A stretch of DNA of 64,000 nt from Gemmatimonadales bacterium. Its GTDB lineage: Bacteria; Gemmatimonadota; Gemmatimonadetes; Gemmatimonadales; GWC2-71-9. How positions within the stretch are numbered: the stretch's first letter is position 1; each line of letters opens with the position of its first letter. Below are positions 51,711-60,135 of this stretch, one piece after another. The position numbers and the translations under genes are program-made. The notes under the pieces were generated by a model. That model was not told the origin of the DNA, made no database searches, and was given only the letters and a program-made list of their open reading frames with translations. Location: NCBI GenBank assembly GCA_035702425.1, contig DASSQQ010000042.1, positions 4,605-68,604 of the forward strand, given 5' to 3'.

Positions 51711-52680
51711 GCGCGGCCTTCGCTCCCTGCGCCTCCCGCAGCGCGACTTCGGCGACGCGGCGCACCAGCTCGGCGTAATCCCACCCGGCGGCCTTCGCCA
51801 TCCGGGAGAGGCCCGCCTCGTCCGTCAGGTCGGGGTTGGGATTCACCTCGAGCACCCAGGGCCGGCCGGTGTCGTCCACCCGGAGGTCCACCCGGCCGTA
51901 GCCCTTGCCCTGCATCACCTGCCACGCCCGCTCCGCAGTGCGCACCAGCCGGTCGGCGAGGCGCTGCGAGATGTGGGCCGGCACCACCGGCACGCTCCCC
52001 ACGTCCTCCGCCGACCCGGTGTGCCACTTCGCGGCGTAGGTGAGGATCGGCCAGCTCCCCTCCGGCATTCCGGTGAAATCGATCTCGGCGACGGGCAGCA
52101 CCCTCGAGCCCACGAAGCCGACGTTGAATTCGCGGCCGGGGATGTACTGCTGGACCAGCACCTCGTCGAACTGCTCGGTCATCGCGGCGACCTGCGCTTT
52201 CAGCGCCTTGCGGTCGGTGACCACCGAGGCCTTGTCGAGTCCCGCGCTCGCGTCTTCCGCGGCGGGCTTGATGATGGCGGGCAGCGGGAAGTCGTCGTCG
52301 ATGCGGCCCTGCGCCACCGCCCACGCCGGGATCGGCACGCCGGCGCGGGCCAGGATGGTGTTGGCGATCGGCTTGCGCCGGCACGCCGCCACGGTCCAGG
52401 AGCCGCAGCCGGTGAAGGGGATGCCGGCGAGCTCCAGCACCGCGGCGACGTGGTCCTCCCAGTCCTGCACCCCGTGCACGCCCTCGCAGAGGTTGAAGAC
52501 CAGGTCGGCGCGGCGCGCGGCGGTGAGCCAGCGCATGTCGTGCTTCACCGGAACCTTCTGCGCCTGATGGCCGATGCCGGTGAAGATCTCGGCGATCTCG
52601 TCCACCGCCTGCATCACCCCGGCGATGTCCTCCGGGGTCCAGTCCCCCGCTCCCGGGTCGTACAGAATGACCAGTTTCAC
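51661..52680 (-). CDS. D-alanine--D-alanine ligase-family ATP-grasp enzyme (paralog 2)
   Basis: ATP-grasp fold motifs (…PLPAIIKPAAEDASAG…, …GRVDLRVDDTGRPWVLEVNPNP). The GTG start overlaps the upstream paralog's stop (GTGA). Confidence 0.7.
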   Translation of the reverse strand: MKLVILYDPGAGDWTPEDIAGVMQAVDEIAEIFTGIGHQAQKVPVKHDMRWLTAARRADLVFNLCEGVHGVQDWEDHVAAVLELAGIPFTGCGSWTVAACRRKPIANTILARAGVPIPAWAVAQGRIDDDFPLPAIIKPAAEDASAGLDKASVVTDRKALKAQVAAMTEQFDEVLVQQYIPGREFNVGFVGSRVLPVAEIDFTGMPEGSWPILTYAAKWHTGSAEDVGSVPVVPAHISQRLADRLVRTAERAWQVMQGKGYGRVDLRVDDTGRPWVLEVNPNPDLTDEAGLSRMAKAAGWDYAELVRRVAEVALREAQGAKAARELLAPPRRPRATRTS

Positions 52681-53732
52681 GCGAACGCCTCCCGGGCCAC
52701 TTCCAGCTCCCGTCCGTGGACGCGCCGCCAGGCGAGCCGGACCACTTCCTGGATCAGCTCGTCGTAGGAGAGCCCCGCCACCCGCGCGGCTTTGGGGAAG
52801 CAGGAGTTCATCCGGGGGTCGGGGATGATGCCGGGGAGCGGATTCAGTTCCACCACGTTGGGCACGCCGAAGCGATCCATCCGGATGTCGATGCGGCACC
52901 AGTCGCGGCAGCCGAGGGCGCGGTAGGCGGCGAGCGCGACCCGCTCCACGGCGTCGGCGACGCTCGGGGGCACCCGCGCCGGGCACTGGAAGATGTCGAG
53001 CTGATGCTCGGCCGTGTCCCAGATCCACTTGGCCTCGTAGCCGTAGACCGGCGTCGCGCCCTCGGGGAGGGTGGCGAAGTCGAACGCGACGAGGGGGAGA
53101 CAGCGCGCGCCGGCGCCGTTGCCGAGAATGGCGGCGGTGAACTCCTGGCCGGGGAGGTAGGTCTCGACCAGGACCGGCTGGTCGTATTCTTCTAAGAGGA
53201 AGAGGCCCCGCTCCCGGAGGGCCCGGGGGCCTTCGCATAAGTTGTTGGCAAATATGCCTTTACCGGATCCTTCGCCGACCGGTTTCACGAACAGCGGGAA
53301 GGGGAGTCCGACCCGGTCCAGGTCCCGCGCGGTCTCCACCAGCACGAACGGCGCGGTGGGGATGGCGCGGTGCGCGAGGATTTCCTTGGTGCGCGCCTTG
53401 TGGAGGGTGAGCGCGAGAGTGAGCGGGTCGGAGCCGGTGTAGGGAACGTTCAGGTACTCGCAGATCGCCGGCACGTGGGCTTCGCGATTCAGGCCGTGCA
53501 GTCCCTCGGCCATGTTGAAGACCAGGTCGGGACGGGCGAGCGCGAGTTTTTGGGGGAAGAGCGGATCGGCTTCGAGGCGGATGACGGGACCGAAGAAACT
53601 GAGGGCCTGCTCCACCGCGCTGATGGTGGTGGGCTCGTCCCATTCGACGAACGCGTCGCCGCTACGACTGGGCGGCTCGTCGGCCAGGGTGCCGGGATCG
53701 GGTTTCTCGTTGTATGCGAGACCGATTCGCAT
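52677..53732 (-). CDS. D-alanine--D-alanine ligase-family ATP-grasp enzyme (paralog 1)
   Basis: Motifs …PFPLFVKPVGEGSGKGI…, …CRIDIRMDRFGVPNVVELNPLPG. RBS GGAGGT before the ATG. Confidence 0.75.
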   Translation of the reverse strand: MRIGLAYNEKPDPGTLADEPPSRSGDAFVEWDEPTTISAVEQALSFFGPVIRLEADPLFPQKLALARPDLVFNMAEGLHGLNREAHVPAICEYLNVPYTGSDPLTLALTLHKARTKEILAHRAIPTAPFVLVETARDLDRVGLPFPLFVKPVGEGSGKGIFANNLCEGPRALRERGLFLLEEYDQPVLVETYLPGQEFTAAILGNGAGARCLPLVAFDFATLPEGATPVYGYEAKWIWDTAEHQLDIFQCPARVPPSVADAVERVALAAYRALGCRDWCRIDIRMDRFGVPNVVELNPLPGIIPDPRMNSCFPKAARVAGLSYDELIQEVVRLAWRRVHGRELEVAREAFA

Positions 53733-53754
53733 GTGGTCTCGGGATACCTCCTAC

Positions 53755-53791
53755 AAAAAAGGCCGCACGGTGACGCGGTCTAAAAAACGCC
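53755..53791 (-). terminator. intrinsic terminator for thyX (hairpin GACCGCG-tcacc-GTGCGGCC followed by TTTTTTG on the minus strand)
   Basis: GC hairpin flanked by A6 and T6 runs in an otherwise AT-poor genome, ~100 nt downstream of the thyX stop. Two further GC palindromes (GTCGCGCGAC, GCGACGCGCGTCGC) lie at ~53860-53895. Confidence 0.45.
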
Positions 53792-53894
53792 AACCCATTG
53801 TCCGTTATCAGAATACGAAATGAGCGCGCGATGCGCAATAGGGAAAATGCATTTCGTCGAGTCGCGCGACTGAACGACGCGCGACGCGCGTCGC

Positions 53895-54647
53895 TCAAAC
53901 TTTGTGGTAGGTGACGCGCGCGGCTTCGCGTTTGTCGCCGGCGGTGTAGATCTCGAAGTCGGAGAAGAGCGCGGGCGCTTCGCGCGCGAGCGCGCGCAGA
54001 CACGCCACCGCCATCGCGCGGATCTCGAGCTCCGCGCCCTCGCCGCAGCGCAGCTCGAGCATCGTCCGCCACGCGCGCGCGTTGGCGGAGACCACGATCT
54101 TCACTTCGGTGGCGTTGGGAAGCACGCTGCGCGCGGCTTCGCGCGCCATTTTGCGGCGATGCACCTTGTCGTCGACCCAGCCGTAGCGCTCCATCAACCC
54201 CTCCACCGCGCGCACGTACGCCGCCTGCGCCGCCGCCACCTGGCGCTCCCACTCGGCCTCGAGCGCCGCGTCGCCCACCATCGCCGGCGGCATCACGAAG
54301 GCCGCGTGCGACTCGTCCACGTAGCGCTGGGAGAGCTGGGAGTACCCGAAGCCGGCGCGGTGGCGCACCAGCTCGTGGGAGCAGGAACGGGAAATGCCTT
54401 CGATCAGCAGCACGTACACCGCGTGCTCGATCACCGAGCCGTGTCCCTGCTTCTTGATGTTCTCCAGGTACTCCGCCGTGGTGCGATGCACCGGGTTGTG
54501 CTGGCTCATGTAACAGATCCGGCCCGCGAACTCGGCGAGGCGCTCGCCGTCGGACGCGTCGCCGCGCCATTGCACCGGCAGGTGCGCGGGCTCGAGGAAC
54601 TGCGGGCGGGCGATGAGGGTGACGCGCGGTTCGCGGAAGATTTCCAT
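53895..54647 (-). CDS. thyX: flavin-dependent thymidylate synthase ThyX
   Basis: ThyX signature RHRAGFGYSQLSQRY (RHR-x7-S). 250 aa. Confidence 0.85.
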   Translation of the reverse strand: MEIFREPRVTLIARPQFLEPAHLPVQWRGDASDGERLAEFAGRICYMSQHNPVHRTTAEYLENIKKQGHGSVIEHAVYVLLIEGISRSCSHELVRHRAGFGYSQLSQRYVDESHAAFVMPPAMVGDAALEAEWERQVAAAQAAYVRAVEGLMERYGWVDDKVHRRKMAREAARSVLPNATEVKIVVSANARAWRTMLELRCGEGAELEIRAMAVACLRALAREAPALFSDFEIYTAGDKREAARVTYHKV

Positions 54648-54668
54648 GAGAACGGTGGCTAAGGGGTG

Positions 54669-56231
54669 TTACGACGCCAGGTCGATCTTGGGTGTCGCCC
54701 AGCCGCCGGTCTGCTCCAGCTCCCGGAGGCGCGCTGCGATGTCGTCGGGAATTGGGGCGGCGTCGCGTCCGACCTTCAGGTCGGCGAGAGGCGCCCAATC
54801 GGCCGCGGGAAGTATAACACCCGGATTCAGCATCCCGCGCGGGTCGTAGGCGCGCTTCAGGTCGCGAAAGCACTCCATCCCCTCCGCTCCGAAAAACCGC
54901 TCCAGCAGACCCGCGCGCAGCCGTCCGTCGCCGTGCTCGCCGGAAGGCGTGCCCCCCAGGTCCAGGAGCAGGGTGGTGACGTCGTCCAGGAGGCCGCGGA
55001 GCGCGGACACGAATCCGGGCGCCTCCGTGTCCGGCAGGGCGTTGACGTGCACGTGGCCGTCGCCGGCGTGGCCGAAGACCGCCACCGGGATCCCTCGCGC
55101 CTCCGCCGCCCGCCGCACGCCCAGGACGTATTCGCCCAGGCGCGCCAGCGGGACGCACCCGTCCTCGATGACCTGGAGGGAACGGCGACTCCTGGGGAGC
55201 CGCGCCAGCGCGGGACTCGCGAGCTTGCGGACCGCCCAGAGCCGGGCGAGTCCGTCCCGGTCCACCGCGGTCTCCACGTGGGCGGTGAGGTTGCGCAATC
55301 CGCGCACCGCGTCCCCCACCGAGCCCCGCGCCGCCGCGCTCGTTTCCCGCTCGAACTCCACCAGCAGCAGGCAGGCGAGTCCGTCGGGGAGCTCCGCGCC
55401 CGCCTCCCGCACGAACGACAGGAGGGTGGCGTCCAAGAGCTCGACCGCGGATGGATTGAGTGCCACCAGGAACGGCACCGCCTCGGCCAGGGCGGAAAGA
55501 TCCGCGAAGCCCAGGGCCACGCCCGCCACGTCCGGCGGAATGGGATCCAGGCGCCAGGTGACTTCGGTGACGAACCCCAGGGTGCCCTCGGCGCCGATCA
55601 GGAGATCGAGCTCGTCCCCCGAGGCCAGGAAGGCGTCGAGGGCGTAACCGCTCGAGTTCTTGCGGGTGGCGGGAAACCGCCGCGCGGCGCGCTCCAGCGC
55701 GTCCCGCGCGGGACGCCAGGGGCCGGGCCCGCCGCCGCGCCGAACGCCGCGGGGTTCCCCATCCCCGCCCACCACGGTCACCGCCTCGACCCATCGCCGG
55801 ACACTGCCGTAGCGGACGGTGCGCGGGCCGGCGGCGTTGGTACTGACCATTCCTCCCGAGGTGGCGAAGGCGCCGGAGGAGGGATCGGGCGGGAGCCGGA
55901 GACCGAAGGCCCGCGCCGCCTCCTGCACCGCGGCCCAGGTCGCGGCGGCGCCGGCGGTGGCGAGGCGCGCTTCCCGGTCCACGGTGACGCCCTGGAAAGC
56001 GGAGAGGTCCACGATCGCGCCGCGGCCCACGCTCCCGCCCGGCATTCCGCTTCCCGAACCCCGGGGAATGAGGGGCGTCGCCGCGGAGTGGCTCCACCGC
56101 AGCAGCCCGGCCAGCTCCGCCACGGAGGCCGGGCGGGCCACCGCGCGGGGGAGGATACGATAGATGCCGGCGCCCTCCGCGTAGGCGGCGCGAATGCGCT
56201 CGTCGGTCAGCAGGGATGGAGGGTTCGCCAC
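54669..56231 (-). CDS. FAD-linked oxidase (GlcD / D-lactate dehydrogenase family, FAD_binding_4 + C-terminal domain)
   Basis: 520 aa with FAD-binding PCMH-type domain motifs (…PRGSGSGMPGGSV…). Confidence 0.75.
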   Translation of the reverse strand: MANPPSLLTDERIRAAYAEGAGIYRILPRAVARPASVAELAGLLRWSHSAATPLIPRGSGSGMPGGSVGRGAIVDLSAFQGVTVDREARLATAGAAATWAAVQEAARAFGLRLPPDPSSGAFATSGGMVSTNAAGPRTVRYGSVRRWVEAVTVVGGDGEPRGVRRGGGPGPWRPARDALERAARRFPATRKNSSGYALDAFLASGDELDLLIGAEGTLGFVTEVTWRLDPIPPDVAGVALGFADLSALAEAVPFLVALNPSAVELLDATLLSFVREAGAELPDGLACLLLVEFERETSAAARGSVGDAVRGLRNLTAHVETAVDRDGLARLWAVRKLASPALARLPRSRRSLQVIEDGCVPLARLGEYVLGVRRAAEARGIPVAVFGHAGDGHVHVNALPDTEAPGFVSALRGLLDDVTTLLLDLGGTPSGEHGDGRLRAGLLERFFGAEGMECFRDLKRAYDPRGMLNPGVILPAADWAPLADLKVGRDAAPIPDDIAARLRELEQTGGWATPKIDLAS

Positions 56232-56297
56232 GGAGGGAAGTTATCAAGGCGCGGTCCGCTTGACACCGCCCGGCGCCCGCGTGAAGCTTCCCGCGCC

Positions 56298-57104
56298 ATG
56301 GGCGTCGTCACTGAAACGCCGCGCGCGCAGCTCATCCACATCGAAACCGACCGCCGCCTCGGTCACGAGTGGGACGAGTGGAACGGCAAGCCGCTGCCCG
56401 GAAACGGCGACTTCTCGGCGCCCGCCGGTCTCTTCTTCCGCTACGCGGGCATCTCGCTCGCGGCCGCCGCCGGCCTTGCCGCCCTTCTTCTTTATCTGCT
56501 GGCGCCGCGTCTCGGGGCCCTCTACGCCCCCCTGCCCGCGATCCTTGCGTGGGCCCTGGCCGGGGCCTCCGCGGTGGCGGGCCTGTGGTTGATCCTGCTC
56601 GTCGCCTCCTACTACGGTGGTTACGCGCTGCTTCCGGAGCATCTGCTGGAGCGCGGGCCGTTCCTCCGGGTGATGAACCTGGCGTCGCGGGTGTCCCGGG
56701 GGCTGGGCCGGCGCGACTGGGTGGAGCACGCCGCCATCGACGTCTACAACACGCTCGCCGTGCGCCGGGGCCGGAAAGTGGGGAAGGGTGAGCTCCTGGT
56801 GCTGATCCCGCGCTGTCTCTCCAAGGCGGCGCTCGACGGCGTCCTCGAGATCGCGGGGCGCTACGAGGTGCCGGTGTTCGTCGCCACCCGCGGCCAGCTG
56901 GCGCGGCGGGTGATCCGGGAGCGGCGCCCCCGGGCGGTGGTGGCGGTGGCGTGCGAGCGGGACATGATGACGGGATTGCGCGACGTCGCCGGGAAACTGC
57001 CGGTGCTCGGCCTCACCATGCGTCTCCCCAACGGACCCTGCCGCGACGCGGCGCTCGATCTCGACGAGATGGAGCGCTGGGTGAAGGGCCTGGTCGGCGC
57101 CTAG
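56298..57104 (+). CDS. DUF116-family protein (N-terminal TM region plus C-terminal Rossmann-like domain)
   Basis: The ATG at 56298 is in frame within the long track ORF. Two TM segments, then a conserved C-terminal region (VLIPRCLSKAALDGV…VVAVACERDMMTGL). Confidence 0.6.
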   Translation: MGVVTETPRAQLIHIETDRRLGHEWDEWNGKPLPGNGDFSAPAGLFFRYAGISLAAAAGLAALLLYLLAPRLGALYAPLPAILAWALAGASAVAGLWLILLVASYYGGYALLPEHLLERGPFLRVMNLASRVSRGLGRRDWVEHAAIDVYNTLAVRRGRKVGKGELLVLIPRCLSKAALDGVLEIAGRYEVPVFVATRGQLARRVIRERRPRAVVAVACERDMMTGLRDVAGKLPVLGLTMRLPNGPCRDAALDLDEMERWVKGLVGA

Positions 57105-57622
57105 CGGGTCGTATCGGGCGCGGTCACCACGCCCGCTTCCACCTCAGCCAGCATCGCGCGCGCCATCGCGGCGGAAGGGTGATCCCGCGGCACCGCGCGC
57201 ACCCCGACCGCCGACAGCGGGTCGGCCTGGGCGTTGAGGCCGCTCCCCGTGCCCCCGGTGCGGAACGGCGAGTAGAGCGCGAAGACCGCCACCCGGGACC
57301 CCCGTCCCAGCGAATCCGACGTCACCTTGAACACGAACCATGTGAGCCGCTCCTCCGGCGGGTAGCGATCCGCCACCGAGGGATCGCGCGAGGCCGGGTC
57401 CCAGCCCCCGCTCTCCACCAGCGCCGAGTCCGCCATCAGCCGCGCGGCGAGTCCGTGCCGGGAGATGACGTCGGCGGCGGTGCCGAGCGCGACCTTGATC
57501 GAGGCGCTGACGAGCGCGGTGGCGAGCGCCGGCTGGCCGCGCAGGGTCTCCAGCGTGGTGTCCGGCGGACGGTGATAGCAGGCGAGGGCGGCCAGCAGGA
57601 CGGAAGTCGTGACCCGGCGCAT
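57101..57622 (-). CDS. lipoprotein of unknown function, tandem paralog 1
   Basis: Lipobox LLAALAC. Shares the VPRDHP…A..A…E motif with the next gene. Confidence 0.45.
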   Translation of the reverse strand: MRRVTTSVLLAALACYHRPPDTTLETLRGQPALATALVSASIKVALGTAADVISRHGLAARLMADSALVESGGWDPASRDPSVADRYPPEERLTWFVFKVTSDSLGRGSRVAVFALYSPFRTGGTGSGLNAQADPLSAVGVRAVPRDHPSAAMARAMLAEVEAGVVTAPDTTR

Positions 57623-57637
57623 CGGAGTCCTCGGCGG

Positions 57638-58108
57638 TTACTGGGAAAGGGCGACTTTGGCGATCCGTTCGATCAGCTTCCGCGCGTACGCCGCGCCGGG
57701 ATGGTCGCGGGGGACCAGCCGCTCCCGGCTCCGGCTCTCCATTCCCAGCTGGTAGGGCTGGTAGAAGACGAAGAGGTCCACCAGCGATCCGCGGCCCATG
57801 GTGTCCGCGGTGACGGCGATGCGGAGCCGCACGAAACGCTGCTCGGAGGGATAGCTCTCCGAGTGCGGGTCCACGGTGGCGAGATCGAAGTACTCGCTTT
57901 CCACGACCCCCGCGTCCTCGTCGGCGCGGCGGAGGGTGAGCCCATCGTCGCCCAGCGCGCGGACCGCGGCGCGGATGGTGGGCTGGACCGCCGCGTCCAC
58001 CAGCGCGTTGATGGTGGGGGCGTCGCGACGCGGCGCGGCGGTGTTCGGCCCCGAGGGCTGGCACCCGGCCGCGAGCGCGAGGACCAGCGCGGCGCCCGCG
58101 CCTCTCAC
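57638..58108 (-). CDS. lipoprotein of unknown function, tandem paralog 2
   Basis: GTG start giving VRGAGAALVLALAAGC (lipobox). The GTGA junction overlaps the upstream gene's stop. Confidence 0.45.
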   Translation of the reverse strand: MRGAGAALVLALAAGCQPSGPNTAAPRRDAPTINALVDAAVQPTIRAAVRALGDDGLTLRRADEDAGVVESEYFDLATVDPHSESYPSEQRFVRLRIAVTADTMGRGSLVDLFVFYQPYQLGMESRSRERLVPRDHPGAAYARKLIERIAKVALSQ

Positions 58109-58587
58109 TGGCCTCCGAACTTCTGCGCCAGCTCGGCCAGGAGCCGCTGGGCGATCCGGTACCCGTCGCTGCCGATCGGCACCATCACCTCGAGGTCCCG
58201 CTCCGGGCGGGAGGGGTCGAGCGCCGGGCGGTACACCGGTTCGACGGTGAACCGCGCCTTCCCGGGAACGTCGGGATCGGCCCAGCAGCGGATCTTGACG
58301 GTGCTGGAGAGGTCCGCGCTCTCCGCGTTCCCGGGCGCGGACCGGTGGGTCCGGGTGTCGTACCAGGTGGTTTCGAGGAACCCGTCGGCGGGGTTCACGA
58401 ACGACACCTGCACGCCCTCGCCCGCGAAGAAACCCGTGGCCTCGGCGATGGCGCGCGCCGGCGGGGCGTTCACGATCGCCGTCAGGGCCTCGGGGTACGG
58501 CAGGAACGCGGGCCGGGTGGTGCCGGGGGCGCAGGCGGACAACAGAATGACGATTGCGGGTTGCTGAATGCGGATTGCTCGCCGCAC
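58105..58587 (-). CDS. lipoprotein of unknown function, tandem paralog 3
   Basis: Likely GTG start at 58587 giving (M)RRAIRIQQPAIVILLSAC (lipobox LSAC). The track's ATG at 58632 would make the N-terminus a translation of repeat copy B. Confidence 0.4.
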   Translation of the reverse strand: MRRAIRIQQPAIVILLSACAPGTTRPAFLPYPEALTAIVNAPPARAIAEATGFFAGEGVQVSFVNPADGFLETTWYDTRTHRSAPGNAESADLSSTVKIRCWADPDVPGKARFTVEPVYRPALDPSRPERDLEVMVPIGSDGYRIAQRLLAELAQKFGGQ

Positions 58588-58627
58588 CCGCGTGGCAATC
58601 CGCAATCCGCAATCCGAGATCCGCGAT
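58552..58627. repeat. ~76-bp imperfect palindromic element built from GCGGATT / AATCCGC heptamer units (copy B)
   Basis: GATTGCGGGTTGCTGAATGCGGATTG-(18 nt)-CAATCCGCAATCCGCAATCCGAGATCCGCGAT. It lies immediately downstream of the His-rich membrane-protein gene. Confidence 0.75.
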
Positions 58628-58628
58628 G

Positions 58629-59186
58629 TCATTGGTGCCCGTGCGCCGTGTCCGGTGGCGTTGGCTCGTCGTGGTCGTGGTCCTCGTCGGCTTCGCCCGG
58701 ATGGTGATGGTGGCCGGCTTGGCGGTCCTTGATTTCCGCTTCCATCTTGACCATCGGCACGCCCGCCGCATGGTCGAAGACCATCTCCCCGCCCAGCATG
58801 CCCACCCGCACCAGAATCGCGAGCGCGAAGAGCGAAACCACGCGCAGGATCCACTGTTCCACCCGCGGCAGCTTGCCGCGGCGCACCAGGTGCCAGACCA
58901 GAATGGCGGTGAAGATCCCCATGGTGACGAGCGCCCAGGTCTCGTGCTGGTCCATCAGCTCGTGGATGGCCTCCCCGTGCTCGATCGCGTCTTCGGCCTG
59001 GAGGCCGGCGATGACGGCGGCCCACCCGCCGACGACGCCCGCCCACAGGGTCCAGAGTCCCGCGGAGCGGATGGTTTCCCGCTTGAGGAGCCAGCCCAGC
59101 CACTCGAAGAAGACCGCGACGGTGAGCAGGGCGGCGGGGAAGTCGTTGAGCAGCGCGTGCAGCTTGGCCCAATCGTAGCCGAACAT
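58629..59186 (-). CDS. DUF2231-like 4-TM membrane protein with His-rich C-terminal tail
   Basis: Four TM segments, then …HHHHPGEADEDHDHDEPTPPDTAHGHQ. Confidence 0.55.
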   Translation of the reverse strand: MFGYDWAKLHALLNDFPAALLTVAVFFEWLGWLLKRETIRSAGLWTLWAGVVGGWAAVIAGLQAEDAIEHGEAIHELMDQHETWALVTMGIFTAILVWHLVRRGKLPRVEQWILRVVSLFALAILVRVGMLGGEMVFDHAAGVPMVKMEAEIKDRQAGHHHHPGEADEDHDHDEPTPPDTAHGHQ

Positions 59187-59225
59187 CGGTCCTAGGCTCC
59201 TGTCGGAGGGGCGGGTGAGAGTGGC

Positions 59226-60113
59226 TTAGAGGCCGAGACTGGAGACGGCGGGTGGATTCACGGAGTAGTCGTAGAACCCCTTGCCGCTCTTCTTCCCGTA
59301 CATCCCCGCCAGCACCATCCGCTTGAGGAGGGGCGGGGACGCGTACTTCGCCTCCTTGTACTCCGCGAACATGATTTCGGCGATCTTGTGGGTGGTGTCG
59401 AGCCCGACGAAATCGAGGAGGGTGAGCGGCCCCATCGGGTACCCGCACCCCAGCTGCATCGCCTTGTCGATGTCCGGCACGCTCCCCACGCCACCCTCCA
59501 CCGCGCGGATGGCGTCGAGGAGGTACGGAACGAGCAGCAGGTTCACGATGAACCCGGAGTTGTCCTTCGCGGCGACCGGCTCCTTGCCGAGCGACTTGGC
59601 GAAAGCGTAGGCCCGGGTGAAGGTCTCGTTCGACGTGGTGACGGTGCGCACCACCTCGACCAGCGCCATCAGCGGCACCGGGTTGAAGAAGTGCAGGCCC
59701 ACGAAGCGGTCGGCGCGCCTGGTGGCGGCCGCCATCGCAGCGATGGTGAGACTCGAGGTGTTGGACGCGAAGATGGTGGCGGGACCGCAGAGCTGGTCCA
59801 GGTCCTTCCAGAGAGCGTTCTTGGTGTCGAGGTCCTCGGTCACCGCCTCCACCACCACGTCCACGCCCTTCAGGTCGGCGACCGAGGTGGTGAAGCGGAG
59901 CCGGGCGAGCGTGGCGTCGCGGTCGGGCGGGGCGAGCTTACCCTTCTCCACGAACTTGGCGAGCGACTTCTCGATCCCCGCTTTCGCCTTGTCGAGGAGC
60001 GGCTGGGCGACGTCCCGCGCGATGGTCTCGTAGCCGGCGGCGGCGGCGACCTGGGCGATGCCCGACCCCATCAGCCCGCATCCCAGCACGCCCACCCGTT
60101 TGATCTCGCTCAT
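59226..60113 (-). CDS. hbd: 3-hydroxyacyl-CoA / 3-hydroxybutyryl-CoA dehydrogenase
   Basis: Rossmann VGVLGCGLMGSGIA, catalytic region FFNPVPLMALVEV, C-terminal dimerisation domain. Confidence 0.85.
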   Translation of the reverse strand: MSEIKRVGVLGCGLMGSGIAQVAAAAGYETIARDVAQPLLDKAKAGIEKSLAKFVEKGKLAPPDRDATLARLRFTTSVADLKGVDVVVEAVTEDLDTKNALWKDLDQLCGPATIFASNTSSLTIAAMAAATRRADRFVGLHFFNPVPLMALVEVVRTVTTSNETFTRAYAFAKSLGKEPVAAKDNSGFIVNLLLVPYLLDAIRAVEGGVGSVPDIDKAMQLGCGYPMGPLTLLDFVGLDTTHKIAEIMFAEYKEAKYASPPLLKRMVLAGMYGKKSGKGFYDYSVNPPAVSSLGL

Positions 60114-60135
60114 GTCACTCCTTCAAAGCCCGGGG

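Noticed and set aside
56244-56729. Minus-strand ORFs 56244..56729 and 56951..58567 as genes
   Set aside because: No homology, poor composition, and they overlap the better-supported DUF116 and lipoprotein genes.
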